From assembly GCF_006345805.1 (NCBI RefSeq), contig NC_043004.1, forward strand, positions 71,610,001 to 71,674,000: DNA of 64,000 nucleotides. Reading direction: 5' to 3'. Made by a program: the position numbers and the translations under genes. The stretch is from Octopus sinensis. Its lineage: Eukaryota. The notes under the pieces were generated by a model. The model saw only the letters and a program-made list of their open reading frames with translations, was not told the DNA's origin and did not search any database. This document shows, piece by piece, positions 1 to 11,441 of the stretch (positions within the stretch are counted from its first letter, which is position 1; each line of letters begins with the position of its first letter).

Positions 1-128
1 ACTAGGCATTAGAAATTGCTTATAGAATTTTTAGTATCACTGAAGTCATGACGAAAACATGTTTTAAACAAACAACTCTAATGGGGATTTTTTGTTTTCT
101 TATTGCCTTATTATTTCTTATTTTCCAG

Positions 129-712
129 ATGACCGGTCGTCTGACTGTTCAGGAGTGAGCTAAGATAGCAGCACGCTTCGAAGTGTGGAATTCCGTTGTT
201 TTGGTTCAGAGATGGTGGCGTACATGGAAAGGTAAGCATGCAACATTACGTCCGGAAACAATAAAGAGTTGTCATGCAAAGCTGATGACCACGGGCTCAG
301 TGAACGATGCAAGAAGTGGCTGTTCAACCATACCTCAATCAGTGCTCGTGAAAGTGAACTAACAAGGACACATAATGCCCACAGTGTTGCATATAGAACT
401 GAATTTTCGTCTGTGTAAACCTCATTAAGTACTGGAGCTAAAGCTGGAAGACTGTGATCACAAGTCCAGAAGTCCAGAACTTCAAGACGTCCAGATCTCA
501 CTCCATGTCATTTCTACCTGTGATGTTACACAAAAAATACAAAACCTTGCATACCGTACAATATAAAACCTCGCACAATGGAGGACATGGGGACACAGAT
601 TCAGGAGATTCTCAATGATATCCCAGAGGACATCATTCAGAAGGTTCTTCATTCCATCCCTGGCTCTCTGGGGAAACGAGTTGACTCCAACGATGGTTAC
701 GTTGAAATATGA
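129..712 (+). mobile_element. Degenerate, internally deleted Tc1/mariner-superfamily transposase (DUF4817-like N-terminal HTH type)
   Basis: Manual translation from ATG 129 gives MTGRLTVQE*AKIAARFEVWNSVVLVQRWWRTWKGKHATLRPETIKSCHAKLMTTGSVNDARSG. Later come RPDLTPCHFYL* (WPPRSPDLTPCDF motif) and KPRTMEDMGTQIQEILNDIP...DGYVEI*. Most of the DDE core is missing. Confidence 0.8.
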
Positions 713-803
713 AGGTCTTTCTTTTTCTCAAGTAATAAAGAACAGGTATCCATTTGTTTCGATAAATTTCTAAAAGGAATATGGGTTTTATTACCAATAC
801 AGA

Positions 804-834
804 CACACACACACACACACGCACACGCACACAC

Positions 835-892
<58 letters not shown>
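804..892. repeat. (CA)n microsatellite
   Basis: Direct reading; explains the VCVC ORFs at 633-894. Confidence 0.97.
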
Positions 893-897
<5 letters not shown>

Positions 898-900
898 TAT

Positions 901-1070
901 ATATTTTCTCGATTTTCGCTTTGTTTCTTTCTGTGTTGCCTTCTGTAGAAGAGCGTAGGCTCGAAACGTTAAAGATTTTTCACTTCCCCAGAGTTAAACT
1001 AATTCATCTGTTTGTTACTACACCACCAGTCTTCGTCTTTTGTTGTCTTTTGTTTTTGTGAATTCTCACC
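901..1070 (+). mobile_element. Small PLE-derived non-autonomous repeat with a degenerate minimal hammerhead motif
   Basis: CTGTAGA-a-GAGC-gtag-GCTC-GAAA-CG-TT at 943-970; embedded between (CA)n and (TA)n tracts. Confidence 0.5.
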
Positions 1071-1169
1071 CCATATACATATATATAATAATAATAATAT
1101 TAGGGAGTAAATCCAAACTTACAGAGAAAAATTAGATTTAGGATTAAATCTAATTTTATAGTATAAATA

Positions 1170-1810
1170 TATATTATATTAAATTAGAGATAAAACCACT
1201 ATTAGGCAAATCAAACAGAGAAAATCATAAGCCAATACATAGAAATAAAATTAATTAAAAAATATATAAAAAATATAAAATATAAAATTTAAAAATCCAA
1301 TTAAAATATTTAAATTAAAGTAAAAATTTTAAAAAATTATTTAAATTAATAATCTAAACTTATAAATTATAAATATATATATTCTTTTATTATTATTTTA
1401 TTTAATTCTTTAATTTTTTTTTAATATTTTTATATTTTTTATATTTTTATATTTTTATATTTTTTTTTATAAACTATCAAAAGGTTTTAAAAGTTTAATA
1501 TAAGATAAAGAGTAAACTATAATAAAAATATAAAAATATAAAGAATATAGAAATATGAAAAAAAAATTAAAAATAAATACTTAAATAAAATAATAATAAA
1601 AAATATATATATATTTATAATTTATAAGTTTAAATTATCAATATAAATAATTTTTTAAGATTTTAACTTTAATTTAAATATTTTAATTGGATTTTTATAT
1701 TTTTATTTATATTTTTTATATATTCTTTAATTAATTTTATTTCTATGTATTGGCTTATGATTATCACTGTTTGATTTGCCTAATAGTGGTTTTATCTCTA
1801 ATTTACTATA

Positions 1811-1820
<10 letters not shown>
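1170..1820. repeat. Extremely AT-rich fold-back (nested inverted repeat)
   Basis: aaattagagataaaaccactattaggcaaatcaaacag... (about 1180-1385) is the reverse complement of ...ctgtttgatttgcctaatagtggttttatctctaattt (about 1600-1805). The inner segment is also roughly self-complementary. Confidence 0.85.
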
Positions 1821-1861
<41 letters not shown>

Positions 1862-2625
1862 GCGTATGTACGTATATATTTATTCTGTATATTCAAGTGT
1901 TCATGCACCTGTCTTCATCTTTTGCTGTTTTGAAAATAAACAGAGAGAGAATAAAAAAGTTTGTAGATTTCAGCGGTCCATATATTGTTGCGTCTGAGGA
2001 CAGTCATATTGTTCTTAATGCCTTGTAATCTAACTCTGTTTCATCTCCTCTCATTTATTATTTACATATCTTTTCCTTGCAAAACTTTCGCTCAATGGAT
2101 GTTGAATCTCTCCATTATTGAAGCTGCCTTCCTCTTTGTCTGTTTGTGAGCATGTGTATGCGTCAGTGTGCATGTGTACTTATGTATGCACATATGTATG
2201 TGTGTATGCATATACGTATGCTTATGTGCACGTATGTATGTGCGTATGTACGTATGTATTTATTCTGCACATTCAAGTGTTTGTGTGTGTGTGTTTGTGT
2301 GTTTGTAAGTGTGTGTGTGTATTTGTGTGTATACCTTTGTCTCCTTGTGTGTGCCTGTTTGAGTGTGTCGATGTGTATGGTTTTGTGTGACCATGTACGT
2401 GCGTCTGTTATGAATAGATGTATTTCTCCATATGTGTCTGTGTGTATGCGTCAGCCTATCCCCATAGCAAATGTACCTAGGTATCTACATTCTCTGGGAA
2501 TTGGGGTAGGCGTACGTATGTACATACATACATACATACATGCATGCATACATGCGTGTATACATACATACACACATACATACGTACATATATATAACGA
2601 ACTAACTGTTACTTTCTCAGATGCA

Positions 2626-2770
2626 GCACGGATTTTTGTCAGTGAACAGGTCGCCGTCTTATAGCGACGAAAATATTTTGACAAATTAAACTTAAATGTT
2701 GAAGTGAATCGAACGGCTTTTGTGTGTTTCTTAAATGGCTTACAAACACCTTCCGCGCTGCAATTGTTTT
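2626..2770. repeat. Interspersed repeat, probably a DNA-transposon end; second copy at about 62436-62582
   Basis: aacaggtcgccgtcttatagcgacgaaaatattttgacaaattaaacttaaatgttgaagtgaatcgaacggcttttgtgtg aligns with aacaggtcgcggtctcaaagcgaagaaaatattttggcaaattaagtttaaatgtcgaagtgaatctaacggcttttgtgtg. Confidence 0.7.
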
Positions 2771-3039
2771 CGTTCCAGCACACGATCTCAGATAAAATCA
2801 CTTGCTGTGCAAGTACATCTCCTTTTTATGTGTATTTCTTATTTAATACAGGGAACGTTTCATTTACGAGGATCTACTCCTGTATCTGCCTGAGTGTTAA
2901 CATTGACTGAGTGATAACATTGACTTAGTTACAACATTCTCAAAGGGTGTAGGTTCCTAGTTTGGTCAGGATAAATGTTTTTATATGGCTGTGAAAAGGG
3001 AGAAAAACTATAAACCAAACTAGTAATATCATCAATGAT

Positions 3040-4410
3040 TTGACTGTTTCCCCTGTGTCTGACGAGGAATGTTACAGGTATCTATGGGTGGATGAAAATA
3101 TATTTTAAAATGGCAACTGTAATAAAACACGTGTCACTAAAAAATATTACAGCTGAATAAAGACAATTTGGACCTCAGCACTGTCTGCATTTAATAAAAC
3201 TGTGGCCCACAATGTGTTTGCAGTGCCGGTACTCATAACATTTGGGCTAGTTGATTGGATGGTTGATGAGAATCGAGCTGTTGATGTGGAAACCCACAAA
3301 ATACTAACAAACGCACATAATTTCCACATATACAGTTACGTAGACGACCCCTACCTAAAACGAAAACAAGGCGGCAGAGGTTCAACATCAATCCAAAATG
3401 CCTTTGAATGTCGCATCATATCCCTTTGGCAACATCTTTTAACCACCAAGTGTCGATTTGCGGCCCTTGACCAAATTTGCACACATAAGGCTGATACCAT
3501 CATAAGACTTGGAAGGTAGCTCCTTGAGCAAGAACCTTTGTCTGCTAACCTAGAATACATGCTCAAAGAAGTCGCACGATTCTACCGCAACGTATAATCA
3601 TATGAAAAGATGAGCTTATATGAGCTGAAGACTATGCATGGTTATGTTGGAAAGCTCCGTGATGATAGTAACATCGATAAGCAGAGCAGTTTATCATGGA
3701 CCAATAGCCGGATTACTACCTCCCACTTTGAAGGGCATGCGTTTGCAATCCAGGAACTGGAAATATCTACCAACTACCTGATGCACAAAAGAGAGAGAGA
3801 TGCGGGAAAAACTGTAAAATGTGACAACCGATGCAGAGTTTATGGAGTTCCCAATGAAGATATCAGCCACATCATTATTAGTTGTCTGAAAATGTCATCA
3901 CGGTATTATCTACCGATGGGACATGATGTCGCAGCTAGGACGCTCTATAATGAAATCCGTCTAAAGAATAATCCCGAGAACAAAGAAATAAGAACCCATA
4001 ATATGGTAGAAATCATAGCCACTGGTAGAATGTGCCAGTGAAGACCTCAATAAAATGTAAGCACACCAGCCTAAATGTTATGAATATTGGGATAAAGAAG
4101 AGAAACTGTTCACAGTTGTGGAAATATTCTTCCCAGCAGATGTTACTTAAAGCTGAAGGTCAGTGAATAAAATAACACCTATACTGAACTAATTAGAAAT
4201 CTGAAGTTACACTATCCAGATTATAAGCTCAGGTTTATACCTGTAATTATTGAGGACCTGGGATATGTAACACACTGCCGAAATGCCAATCTTGAGAAAT
4301 TAGGCTTCTCAAAACCAGAAAGAAGAAAGCTAATTCAAAGACTACAGATCCAATCCATCACTACAATTGTAAAAATCGGTAAAACTTTGCTGAAGTTTAT
4401 CATTTAAATA
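3040..4410 (+). mobile_element. Degenerate R4/Dong-like (RLE-type) non-LTR retrotransposon, RT C-terminus plus CCHC and RLE region
   Basis: ORF 3610-4041 contains FEGHAFAIQELEISTNYL...RCRVYGVPNEDISHIIISC...GHDVAA (CCHC knuckle). Downstream frames contain PVIIEDLG and VKIGKTLLKF-like RLE-end motifs. Multiple stops and frameshifts. Confidence 0.75.
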
Positions 4411-4562
4411 TATATTAGCATGTCTAGTCATGAAAGTATATGCTGAGAATACATGCATAAAACATGCAAATCTGCACATACATACATACATACATACATA
4501 CATACATACATACATACATACATACATACATAAATGCATACATACATACATACATACATACA

Positions 4563-4594
<32 letters not shown>

Positions 4595-4898
4595 ATACAT
4601 ACATAAATACATACATACATACATACATACATACATACATACAAATAAAAATACCTTGTTGATGTTGAAATTCCAATGAAGAAGCGTCGAATCTAGGTTA
4701 GAAACTGGTTCTTTCACTATTTGCAAGAAATTTTGAAATAAACTTTGTCGTTCCTAACTTATTATAACTCGCAAACCCTCCTTATAAGTTACCACGTTAT
4801 TTTTTCCTATTTCTTTTTGTTTCATATATTTTGTACTTTCCTATTCTTACGCTAAATATTTCTCTAAAAAACATTTTTATACAATTATTATTATTTCA

Positions 4899-5085
4899 GG
4901 GGACGTACCTCTCAACGGTTGACTGTAGACCGGGGCGGTTGGCCATATGGAGGGAGATGAAGACGGGGCCCACAGAGGAAATCGTGAAAGTACTAAATGA
5001 GATATTCCGGAACGAGGCTCCCGTGGATGAGCTGCTCCTAGATAATGGCACTGCATTTCGCTCGGAGGTGCTGAAGAACTGCCAT
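4899..5085 (+). mobile_element. Isolated retroviral-type integrase (rve) core fragment
   Basis: GTYLSTVDCRPGRLAIWREM...EIVKVLNEIFRNEAPVDELLLDNGTAFRSE carries the first two D residues of DDE (VDC and DNG..F.S). It is a GC-rich island in AT-rich DNA. Confidence 0.75.
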
Positions 5086-7267
5086 ATTAGTTTGGCGATA
5101 ACTATTAATATACATTTTTATACAACATATACTTTTGACAAATTTGCTCACCGTCTGTTGGATGAATTTTTCTGCTTGTTCATGATTGTTTATTTTAGCA
5201 AGTAGCATGTGTAATGTTTGTAGAGTAGGTCAACATTTATCGAACCAACTTTAATATATTGTAAGTACCGTTATCGATCGAGGGTAGATGTGGTATTCAA
5301 AATAAATGTGATCTTGACCAGATCCGAACGCACAAGTCAGAATTACACTAAATACTGTAAAGACGTTTGTTCGATAATCAAAATCAGAATTTGTGATGTA
5401 CATGACCTAGCCAGGAACACTATCTGCATTTGCTCTAAACCTAAATGCTAATCTCGCCTTCATTTCATAATCTTAACCTTTTCTATATCACTGAGCGCAT
5501 CTCTTCCGACACCTTTCAGTATAATTTATCCAGCGTAATATCTACAAATGAATTGAAAGCTATCGATAGATTGCGTGGTTAAAATATAATTCTTTTGTTC
5601 ACCAACCGTATAAATACAAGTAGCTTGTTTCGATTGGTTTATTTGCTAAGCTCGGTAGATAAAAGTAGACATTGATCAAAGAACTGACGAAGCTGATGGT
5701 AAAGCTGATATTTATCACCTAAACTGTAAAGTATTCTGACAAGAAGAAACAAAAACACATAATACCCCAAGTTTAAGATCGTGCTTAAGAAAGGTGAAAT
5801 AGGCTTCTATAGTTAGAGGGAAAGTCAGTTAAAGTTGCTCGCTTATCCTTACAAGGATAGAATAAATCTGATGATAATGATTTAAGAACATATCTTTTGT
5901 CTTTACATTGTTCTTAACTTGTCAGAACCACGATAAAAGAAATACAAAATAATCTTGTTTATGGAAACTGGAAAGAAACATTGAAAGACAGAAGATACTG
6001 GTTCTAGTGAGACAGTTCTGGTTGGTCGGATTTCAACTGAAATTGAAGTTTACTTAGCAAGTCTGCAACAGTCATGAATACTAAAGGTAAGCAAATGAAT
6101 GAATGGAAAGGGAGGTAATTTCAATTGTTTTGTTGTCTTGGAACGTACTCTGATTTGTGCTTCGTTACATTAGACTTACCATTATCATTTCCCATTTCCA
6201 AAGAGAAAGAATGTGGCGACGCTGGGTTTCTAACAGTCATGGTTCGACCGATAAAATATCTGTAGTATTTAGTACCGTACATACACATTCTTATTTCATA
6301 TCCAACCATGTCAGATATTGCGGTTCGTCCATCTGTGTGCTATGCAACTTGTGTCTAAGATAGAAATCACAATTATTTATAGACAGAGGGCAGTAAATGA
6401 AGGAATCAGTCATTCGCTCGACCTAAATGCTAGTATGTATTGTTTATTCGACTTTTTCTTTCTTTTTTAATAAGATGATTGTAAAAGCCAAGTAATATAC
6501 AGAAATTCGATTCAATCGATTATAAATTTTTGCTTTAGAAAATCGTAGCTTTGCACCTATCTAAGAAATTATTATCATTTCTAGTGAATCTGCTAATTGA
6601 AACTCTTGATATCAATAATAACAAGGACAGAGCTTTATTGAAATAATTCATCTGAAAATTGTGAAAACAGGGAGCTGATGATGAAAATATTTCTTCTGAA
6701 GAATGTAATGCATTGTCTACATCTAGATATGAACTTATACGACTTTGCAATTATTAATTAGTTAATTGCTTTTCTTTTTAAATTCTTGTTTCTGTTTAAA
6801 CGCTTTTAAATTCCGATTCTCCTTTTCTTCTGCAAATACATTTCACTACGATTAGAAGAAAATTAGCCATCTATACTAAGACTTGATCCCAACATTGTGG
6901 ACGGTATTCAAAAATACGACGATAGACCAAATATATGTTTGATTTAGCAGTTGCGTCAATATTCAGCCGCAGGAACTGTGAGAGAAATCATGAAAGCAAG
7001 TAATTTTTCTCGAAGTAAAAAAAAAAAAAAATATTTGTTTCCTCTGGTAAGTCGTTCCATCACTTTGCAGAGATGAGAGGTCAGTGAGACAGACACGCAT
7101 TCTTTAGTAATTTGCCGCATATGAAATATCATTCAAAATGTATCGGAAGAGTTTTAGTTAGAACTCTTTTGTATGTTATCATAAGAAATGTTCAATATGG
7201 ATATCAGTTATAATTCCTCCATTTTTATCCATGTAATCGATGTTTGCTTCTTCCTTATGTATATTTG

Positions 7268-7470
7268 TAGGCTGGCAGAATCGTCAGCACGCCGGGCGAA
7301 ATGATTCGTGGTATTTCGTCTGCGGTTACGTTCTGAGTTCAAATTCCGCCGAGGTCAACTTTGCCTTTCAGGATCTATAAATCAAGCATCAGTGAATCAC
7401 TGGGGTCGGTGTAATCGATTAGTTCCCCTCCCCCAAATGTCAGGCCTTTTGCCTTTTGTAGAAAGGATTA
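7268..7470 (+). mobile_element. tRNA-derived SINE, family A
   Basis: A-box-like gctggcagaatcg, B-box gagttcaaattcc, body ccgccgaggtcaactttgcctttca; more than 10 copies in the window. Confidence 0.85.
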
Positions 7471-7589
7471 TATCATAATTTCTCCGTTTGTATCGTCGAT
7501 GTGATCGATGACTGCCTTTCATGCATATTTTAAGCCTATTTTGCATGTTCCGTTAGAGAAATGTATATAGTTCTGAATGTATTCTTTTA

Positions 7590-7767
7590 CTTGTTTCAGT
7601 CACGTGACTGCGGTCATGCTGGAGTACCGCCTTTTAGTCGAAGAATTTGCCCCCCAGAGCTTATTCTATCGGTGTGTTACTGGGACGTAACCACACTAAC
7701 ATCGGTTTATCAAGCGATTATGGGGGGACAAAGACAGGCACAAACACACACATAAATATATACATAC

Positions 7768-7846
<79 letters not shown>

Positions 7847-8226
7847 GAGGCGCAATGGCCCAGTGGTTAGGGCAGCGGACTCGCGGTCATAGGATCGCGG
7901 TTTCCATTCCCAGACCGGGCGTTGTGAGTGTTTATTGAGCGAAAACACCTAAATCTCCACGAGGCTCCGGCAGGGGATGGTGGTGATCCCTGCTGTACTC
8001 TTTCACCACAACTTTCTCTCACTCTTACTTCCTGTTTCTGTTGTACCTGTATTTCAAAGGGCCGGCCTTGTCACTCTCTGTGTCACGCTGAATATCCCCG
8101 AGAACTACGTTAAGGGTACACGTGTCTGTGGAGTGCTCAGCCACTTACACGTTAATTTCACGAGCAGGCTGTTCCGTTGATTCGGATCAACCGGAACCCT
8201 CGTCGTCGTAACCGACGGAGTGCTTC

Positions 8227-8267
<41 letters not shown>

Positions 8268-8431
8268 GCGCATACGACGGGCTTCTTTCAGTTGCCCTCT
8301 ACCAAATCTCACAAAGATTTTGTCGGCCCGAGGCTTTTGTAGATGACACTTGCCCAAGGTGCCATGCAGCGGGACTGAACCCGGAACCTTGCGGTTGGGA
8401 AGCAATCTTCTTACCACAGAGTCACGCCTGC
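7590..8431 (-). mobile_element. tRNA-derived SINE, family C, split at its internal (TA)n tract by a family B SINE
   Basis: 3' half at 7590-7745 (tgtttcagtc...ccacactaacatcggtttatcaagcg) and 5' half at 8262-8431 (cgacgggcttctttcagtt...ttgcccaaggtgcca...cttaccacagagtcacgcctgc). Uninterrupted copies lie at 51665-52085 and 56385-56780. Confidence 0.8.
7844..8230 (+). mobile_element. tRNA-derived SINE, family B
   Basis: tRNA-like head ggaggcgcaatggcccagtggttagggcagcggactcgcggtc...ggtttccattccc; reverse copies at about 16350-16672 and 55640-55932; flanked by (TA)n. Confidence 0.85.
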
Positions 8432-8681
8432 GCCTCTATCATTAATGTTATTTTCTCTTCAAAGTTTTCCGTGTGGAATTTCTTGAGGACAATATCCTTA
8501 TTTTTACATGCTAAGAACAAAACCCCATTTCATAAAAGAGCTCCATCGGTAATAATGTTTTAGCGCAAGTAATAATCTACTGCACAACAAATATATAAGC
8601 AATAATTTGGTGAAGAGGACAACCGATTGTCACAGTGTCGTAAGAGAGTCGATCAGTTGCTTGGCGGTTATTGCGCTGGTT

Positions 8682-8914
8682 AAAGCGGCAAGCTGGCAGA
8701 AACGTTAGCGCGCCGGGCGAAACGCGTAGCCGTATTTCGTCTGCCGCTACTTTCTGAGTTCAAATTCCGCCGAGGTTGACTTTGCCTTTCATCCTTTCGG
8801 GGTCGATTAAATAAGTACCAGTTACGCACTGGAGTCGATGTAATCGAATTAATCCGTTTGTCTATCCTTGTTTGTCCTCTCTGTGTTTAGCCCCTTCTGG
8901 GTAGTAAAGAAATA
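8682..8914 (+). mobile_element. SINE family A, full length with target-site duplication
   Basis: 16-bp TSD ggttattg(c/t)gctggtt at 8666-8681 and 8915-8930. Confidence 0.9.
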
Positions 8915-9403
8915 GGTTATTGTGCTGGTTCTCTGTAGTCTCAGTTCAAATTCCGACTAGGTCAGTTTTGCCGATCGAAACGAAAGAGATAGAAAGACAT
9001 AATGTAAAGGGAAGAAGCGTAAGATAGAGAGAAAAGTCTGTAGAGAAATGATAGATGAAAGGGATAAACTAATTTGCTTGGTTCCATAAGGTTAGAAATC
9101 TGAAAGGTCTGTCTATGATCTATCTAGCTATGTGCGCACGCGCGTACGTACGTACGTAGTACCTATCTATCTATCTATCTATCTATCTCTCACAATGGAC
9201 GGATGCTAGTCATATCGGCTCCACGTAAGTTGGCCACTTTTACATGTTTAAAACTCCTTGTTGTCAAATATTTTGTTTTAATCGTTGTGAAAGTTCATTC
9301 ACTAAAAAACCTGAGAATTATTCACGTAGAATTCCGCCCCTGTATGGGCGAAATTACAAAAAAACTTTCAAAACTTTCGTGGGTTTTTTAGCCATTTTTC
9401 ATT

Positions 9404-11327
9404 TTGAAAATGGCAACTAGAAACCACGTGGCTAGCCCGCCAGTCATGCAGAACGGTAGCAAAACACTATTGCTACCACTAGCTGCTAAACATCGCAGCG
9501 TGAACACCGCTGTCACCACCATCACCACCACCACCAACAACAACAACAAATCTAACGTCGCATTCACCATCGCCGCGACCAAAGACATTAACTTAGATTT
9601 CCCCTCACTCCCCACACCACTTGTTGATGATAAAGGGACAGAGAAAGGGATTTCAAAAATGAATACAAACGAAAACATGAATGCCAGCACCACCACCATC
9701 ACCACCAACAACAACAACAACGAAATTGGCACAAAGCCGCCTACCAAAGACAACACCGCCAACACCAACACCACTACTACGACGTCAAATGCTACATCCA
9801 AGCCTTCTGCTGCTAATACCGCCAACACCAACACCACTACCATGACTTCAATTAACACTGCCACAATTAACACTTCTACTGCCAAATTCAAAACGAATTT
9901 TGCGGACGTAACAAAACAAAAAAGAACAATTGTAACATTCACCACACAAGAGATAAACCGCACAAAGGCACTCTTCTCCAAAGAAGGAGACAAATTGCAC
10001 CTTCATATTCCACAACACATCGTGGAAAACACACAAAAAAAACAATAATTTATAAAGTAATAAACAAAAAAACAAGAAGAACAGAAAATGCACCGCAGGA
10101 AAAAATCGATAAATGCCTTCGTCCTGCATGGGACTCCAAGGAATATATCAGTTGGGGAAACAAATTTGGTACAGTCCAAGTACGTTTCCTCAACGAAAGT
10201 TTAGCAAAACGTTTTTCCACATTGGAGCTGCATTCGGACGACTTGGTAATGATACCAGTCTATTTAAACAAAAGGGTCACGAAAGTCCAAATAAAAAACA
10301 TACCATTTGATGTCGAAACACAATGGTTGGTCTCTGCCATCTGCTTTGAAATGTCAGAGACAATGTCAGAGACAAACATCCTGGAAATCGCGGTTCTAGG
10401 AGAGAAAGACTATGTGGGCAAATCAATCGAATTCCTGCTTCAATTGGATGAAGCAGCAAGAGAGAAGATACCCACCGCTATAGAACTGCCAGGAGGCTAC
10501 AAACTCTATATAGTGGTAGAGGGCAGGCGACCACGCTGCTATTTGTGTGGAAGCGAAACACACTTGAAAAAGACGTGCCCAACCACTGCACACCAAGAGC
10601 AACAACAACAACCACTACCACAACCAAAGCACTCCGGAAAAAAAGCTCTACTACCCACACCACCATCAACACAGAAGACGACAAGAGAAGCACACCAAGC
10701 TAATCCGTCATCAACCAAAACCACTCGACACCTGAAAAAATACCAACACCACCATCAACAGCAAAACCCAAAGGAACAGAAAAACAAAGAAAACACACAC
10801 AAACTGATCCCCCATCCCTTATACCGCACTCAACACACACAAACACTCAACAACCAACAACAACGAAAACAACAACACAACCACTTACACAGACATACAT
10901 AGAAGCCCACAACATACCCCTACCCCCTTCTGATTCCTCAGAAATTTCGTCGGAAGACGAAACCAGTGAGGAATGGCAAATAGCTACAAAAAGAAGGAAA
11001 ATAAAGAGCAGAAACACAACCAAACCAAATGCAAACACGAACAAAGCAGGGGGAAATACATCTCCCGAAGACATTTCAAAACCCAACGCAAACAACAGCC
11101 ACACCAACACCACAAAAACATATACAGCAAACATGCTCACAGCCATAGACACCAAAAACACAAATTTGATGGAATACATCCAATCAAAAACAAACATAAC
11201 AGAAGATGACATAAAAACAAACAATCACCCATACACAACACCACCAGACCACATCAAAATATTACACATCTCCAAAAGTCTGCACCACACACTCAAAGGC
11301 ATTTTCCCCAGTGCGGTTGGTAAATGA
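9404..11327 (+). pseudogene. Tx1-like ORF1 (gag-like, zinc knuckle), about 640 codons broken by two -1 frameshifts
   Basis: Frame 9404-10048 switches at the A8 run (10035-10042) into an open frame KTIIYKVINKK...WGNKFGTVQVRF that joins ORF 10222-10902 (EGRRPRCYLCGSETHLKKTC). A second shift near 10720 enters the Thr/Pro-rich frame ending at 11327. Confidence 0.8.
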
Positions 11328-11441
11328 CAAAATATCTCACAAAGAAACTGTACTGGGATCTTCTCGAGGACAAACCAACGGAGGAGAAAGCAAAAACTTT
11401 CGAGCAGTAAGTAACCCTCTGTATTCTAATTCATTAGAACT

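Noticed and set aside
5684-5720. CTGACGA-AGCT-loop-AGCT-GATA hammerhead-like string
   Set aside because: GAAA is mutated and no stem I can be formed.
6535-6660. Minus-strand MNYFNKALSLLLLISRVSIS signal-peptide-like start after a good acceptor
   Set aside because: Stops after about 38 codons with no PAN cysteines or partner exons.
7844-7915. tRNA-like sequences at SINE heads
   Set aside because: They continue into SINE bodies with TSDs; they are not stand-alone tRNA genes.
9388-9993. 201-aa hydrophobic minus-strand ORF (and others antisense to the Tx1 ORFs)
   Set aside because: Antisense shadows of A/C-rich LINE coding sequence; no independent motif.
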